The translations under genes and the position numbers were made by a program. A stretch of DNA of 64,000 nt from Rhodothermales bacterium (lineage in GTDB: Bacteria; Bacteroidota; Rhodothermia; Rhodothermales; Bin80). The stretch is from positions 1,240,819 to 1,304,818 of the forward strand of contig OX638318.1 of the NCBI GenBank assembly GCA_951812585.1, read 5' to 3'. This document shows, piece by piece, positions 63,408 to 64,000 of the stretch (position 1 is its first letter; every line of letters starts with the position of its first letter). The notes below the pieces were generated by a model. The model was not told where the DNA came from. It searched no databases and worked only from the letters and a program-made list of their open reading frames with translations.

Positions 63408-63862
63408 CACGATGTGAGGCCTCAGAGACCCCGACAGCTGGCTCATAAATTTTTGGGGCAACCCCGAATGGCCGCTTCTTTTCGACGCAGACTTTGCGCC
63501 CAAGCCCGCCTACGAAGGCTTCCTGGAGGCGCTCCAGCCGGAATAAGCCGCGTCAGTTGCGGCGCGTGACGTACACGAAATAAGCGCCACGCTCTTCGCC
63601 GCTGGGCAGCGTCAGCGTGGCCTGCACGGTCGTCGGGCCGTCGTCCAGCGCCACGCTGAAGGTGGCGTGGGTCTGGCCTGCGGTGACCTCCTGCGTCCAC
63701 TCCTCGGATCCGATGTGCAGCTGCGCGTGCACAGCTTCCAGCGTGGAATCCAGGTGTGCGGGCCAGCGCCGAAGCTCAAAGTCGTACATGCCGGCCTTCG
63801 TCACGTTGATGGCCCAGTAGCCATTGCCCATCATGCCGCGCATCACCTGCCGATGATTCCAG
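63408..63862. repeat. Right copy of the ~455-bp direct repeat
   Basis: See 57674-58128. It includes a 46-codon orphan remnant of the xylanase 3' end (63408-63546, ..DSWLINFWGNPEWPLLFDADFAPKPAYEGFLEALQPE*). Confidence 0.85.
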
Positions 63863-64000
63863 ACCGACAGCCGCTGATGCTCCACATGCCAGTCATGCGG
63901 GTTGAGGTGCGTCGAATTCTCTTGATCGGAGCCGATGCCGATGCGTACGAACCCTTCAAACGATGGCATCAGGTCCTGCCACCAGGCATCATAGGCCGCC
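63553..64000 (-). CDS. Sulfatase-family protein, C-terminal part; the gene continues past the right edge
   Basis: The reading frame stays open to the window end (..AYDAWWQDLMPSFEGFVRIGIGSDQENSTHLNPHDWHVEHQRLSVWNHRQVMRGMMGNGYWAINVTKAGMYDFELRRWPAHLD..). The family call rests on my recollection of the C-terminal extension seen in many Bacteroidota/Planctomycetota arylsulfatases. Confidence 0.5.
   Translation of the reverse strand, partial: AAYDAWWQDLMPSFEGFVRIGIGSDQENSTHLNPHDWHVEHQRLSVWNHRQVMRGMMGNGYWAINVTKAGMYDFELRRWPAHLDSTLEAVHAQLHIGSEEWTQEVTAGQTHATFSVALDDGPTTVQATLTLPSGEERGAYFVYVTRRN

Noticed and set aside
63216-63503. 95-aa minus-strand ORF between the transposase remnant and the right repeat, considered as a second transposase fragment
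   Set aside because: Only a vague resemblance to IS tails (..TRFERIKHRIVSLNRLI) is present, and it runs into the duplicated xylanase fragment. The evidence is insufficient.

Overview
This is a GC-rich bacterial chromosomal window. It looks most like a Bacteroidota/Rhodothermota-type organism, based on the GLPGLI and BF3164-like 6-bladed propeller families, the sulfatase/FGE pairing and many acidic proteins; that taxonomic call is inference only. About 40 intact genes are supported, and most are core functions: recG, ligA-polA (4-nt overlap), xth, a sixA-like phosphatase, pheA-argS (ATGA overlap), mrdA-rodA, pyrD, a DinG-like helicase, two S9 peptidases, an ABC exporter, three sulfatases plus one formylglycine-generating enzyme, and a GH10 xylanase. 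I recognised no rRNA, tRNA or CRISPR array. Four accessory or mosaic segments interrupt the core. (1) 9.76-12.45 kb is an IS whose transposase fuses a DruA-like DUF4338 domain to a Tn5-type DDE transposase; the transposase is broken by two frameshifts and sits next to a truncated outer-membrane barrel gene. (2) 12.5-16.2 kb is a visibly more AT-rich minus-strand operon: small Cys-containing leader-type ORF(s), two 6-bladed beta-propellers and two thioredoxin-fold proteins. It is the best candidate here for an uncharacterised system. (3) 16.4-20.2 kb is a decayed mobilisable-plasmid-like element: a frameshifted MobV relaxase, a ParA broken in a G-run, a second Mob fragment and a multiply frameshifted Toprim-VirE primase. 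No integrase is present. (4) 58.1-63.4 kb is a lower-GC insertion bracketed by about 455-bp near-identical direct repeats that duplicate the xylanase-3'/sulfatase-3' junction. It carries a Cys-rich secreted protein, a GLPGLI protein, an outer-membrane barrel gene with two in-frame stops, and a transposase remnant. Every reading-frame lesion lies in an accessory gene, which argues for real decay rather than sequencing error. Many long ORFs in the supplied track are antisense shadows of real genes, and several track ORFs carry spurious N-terminal extensions that I trimmed.
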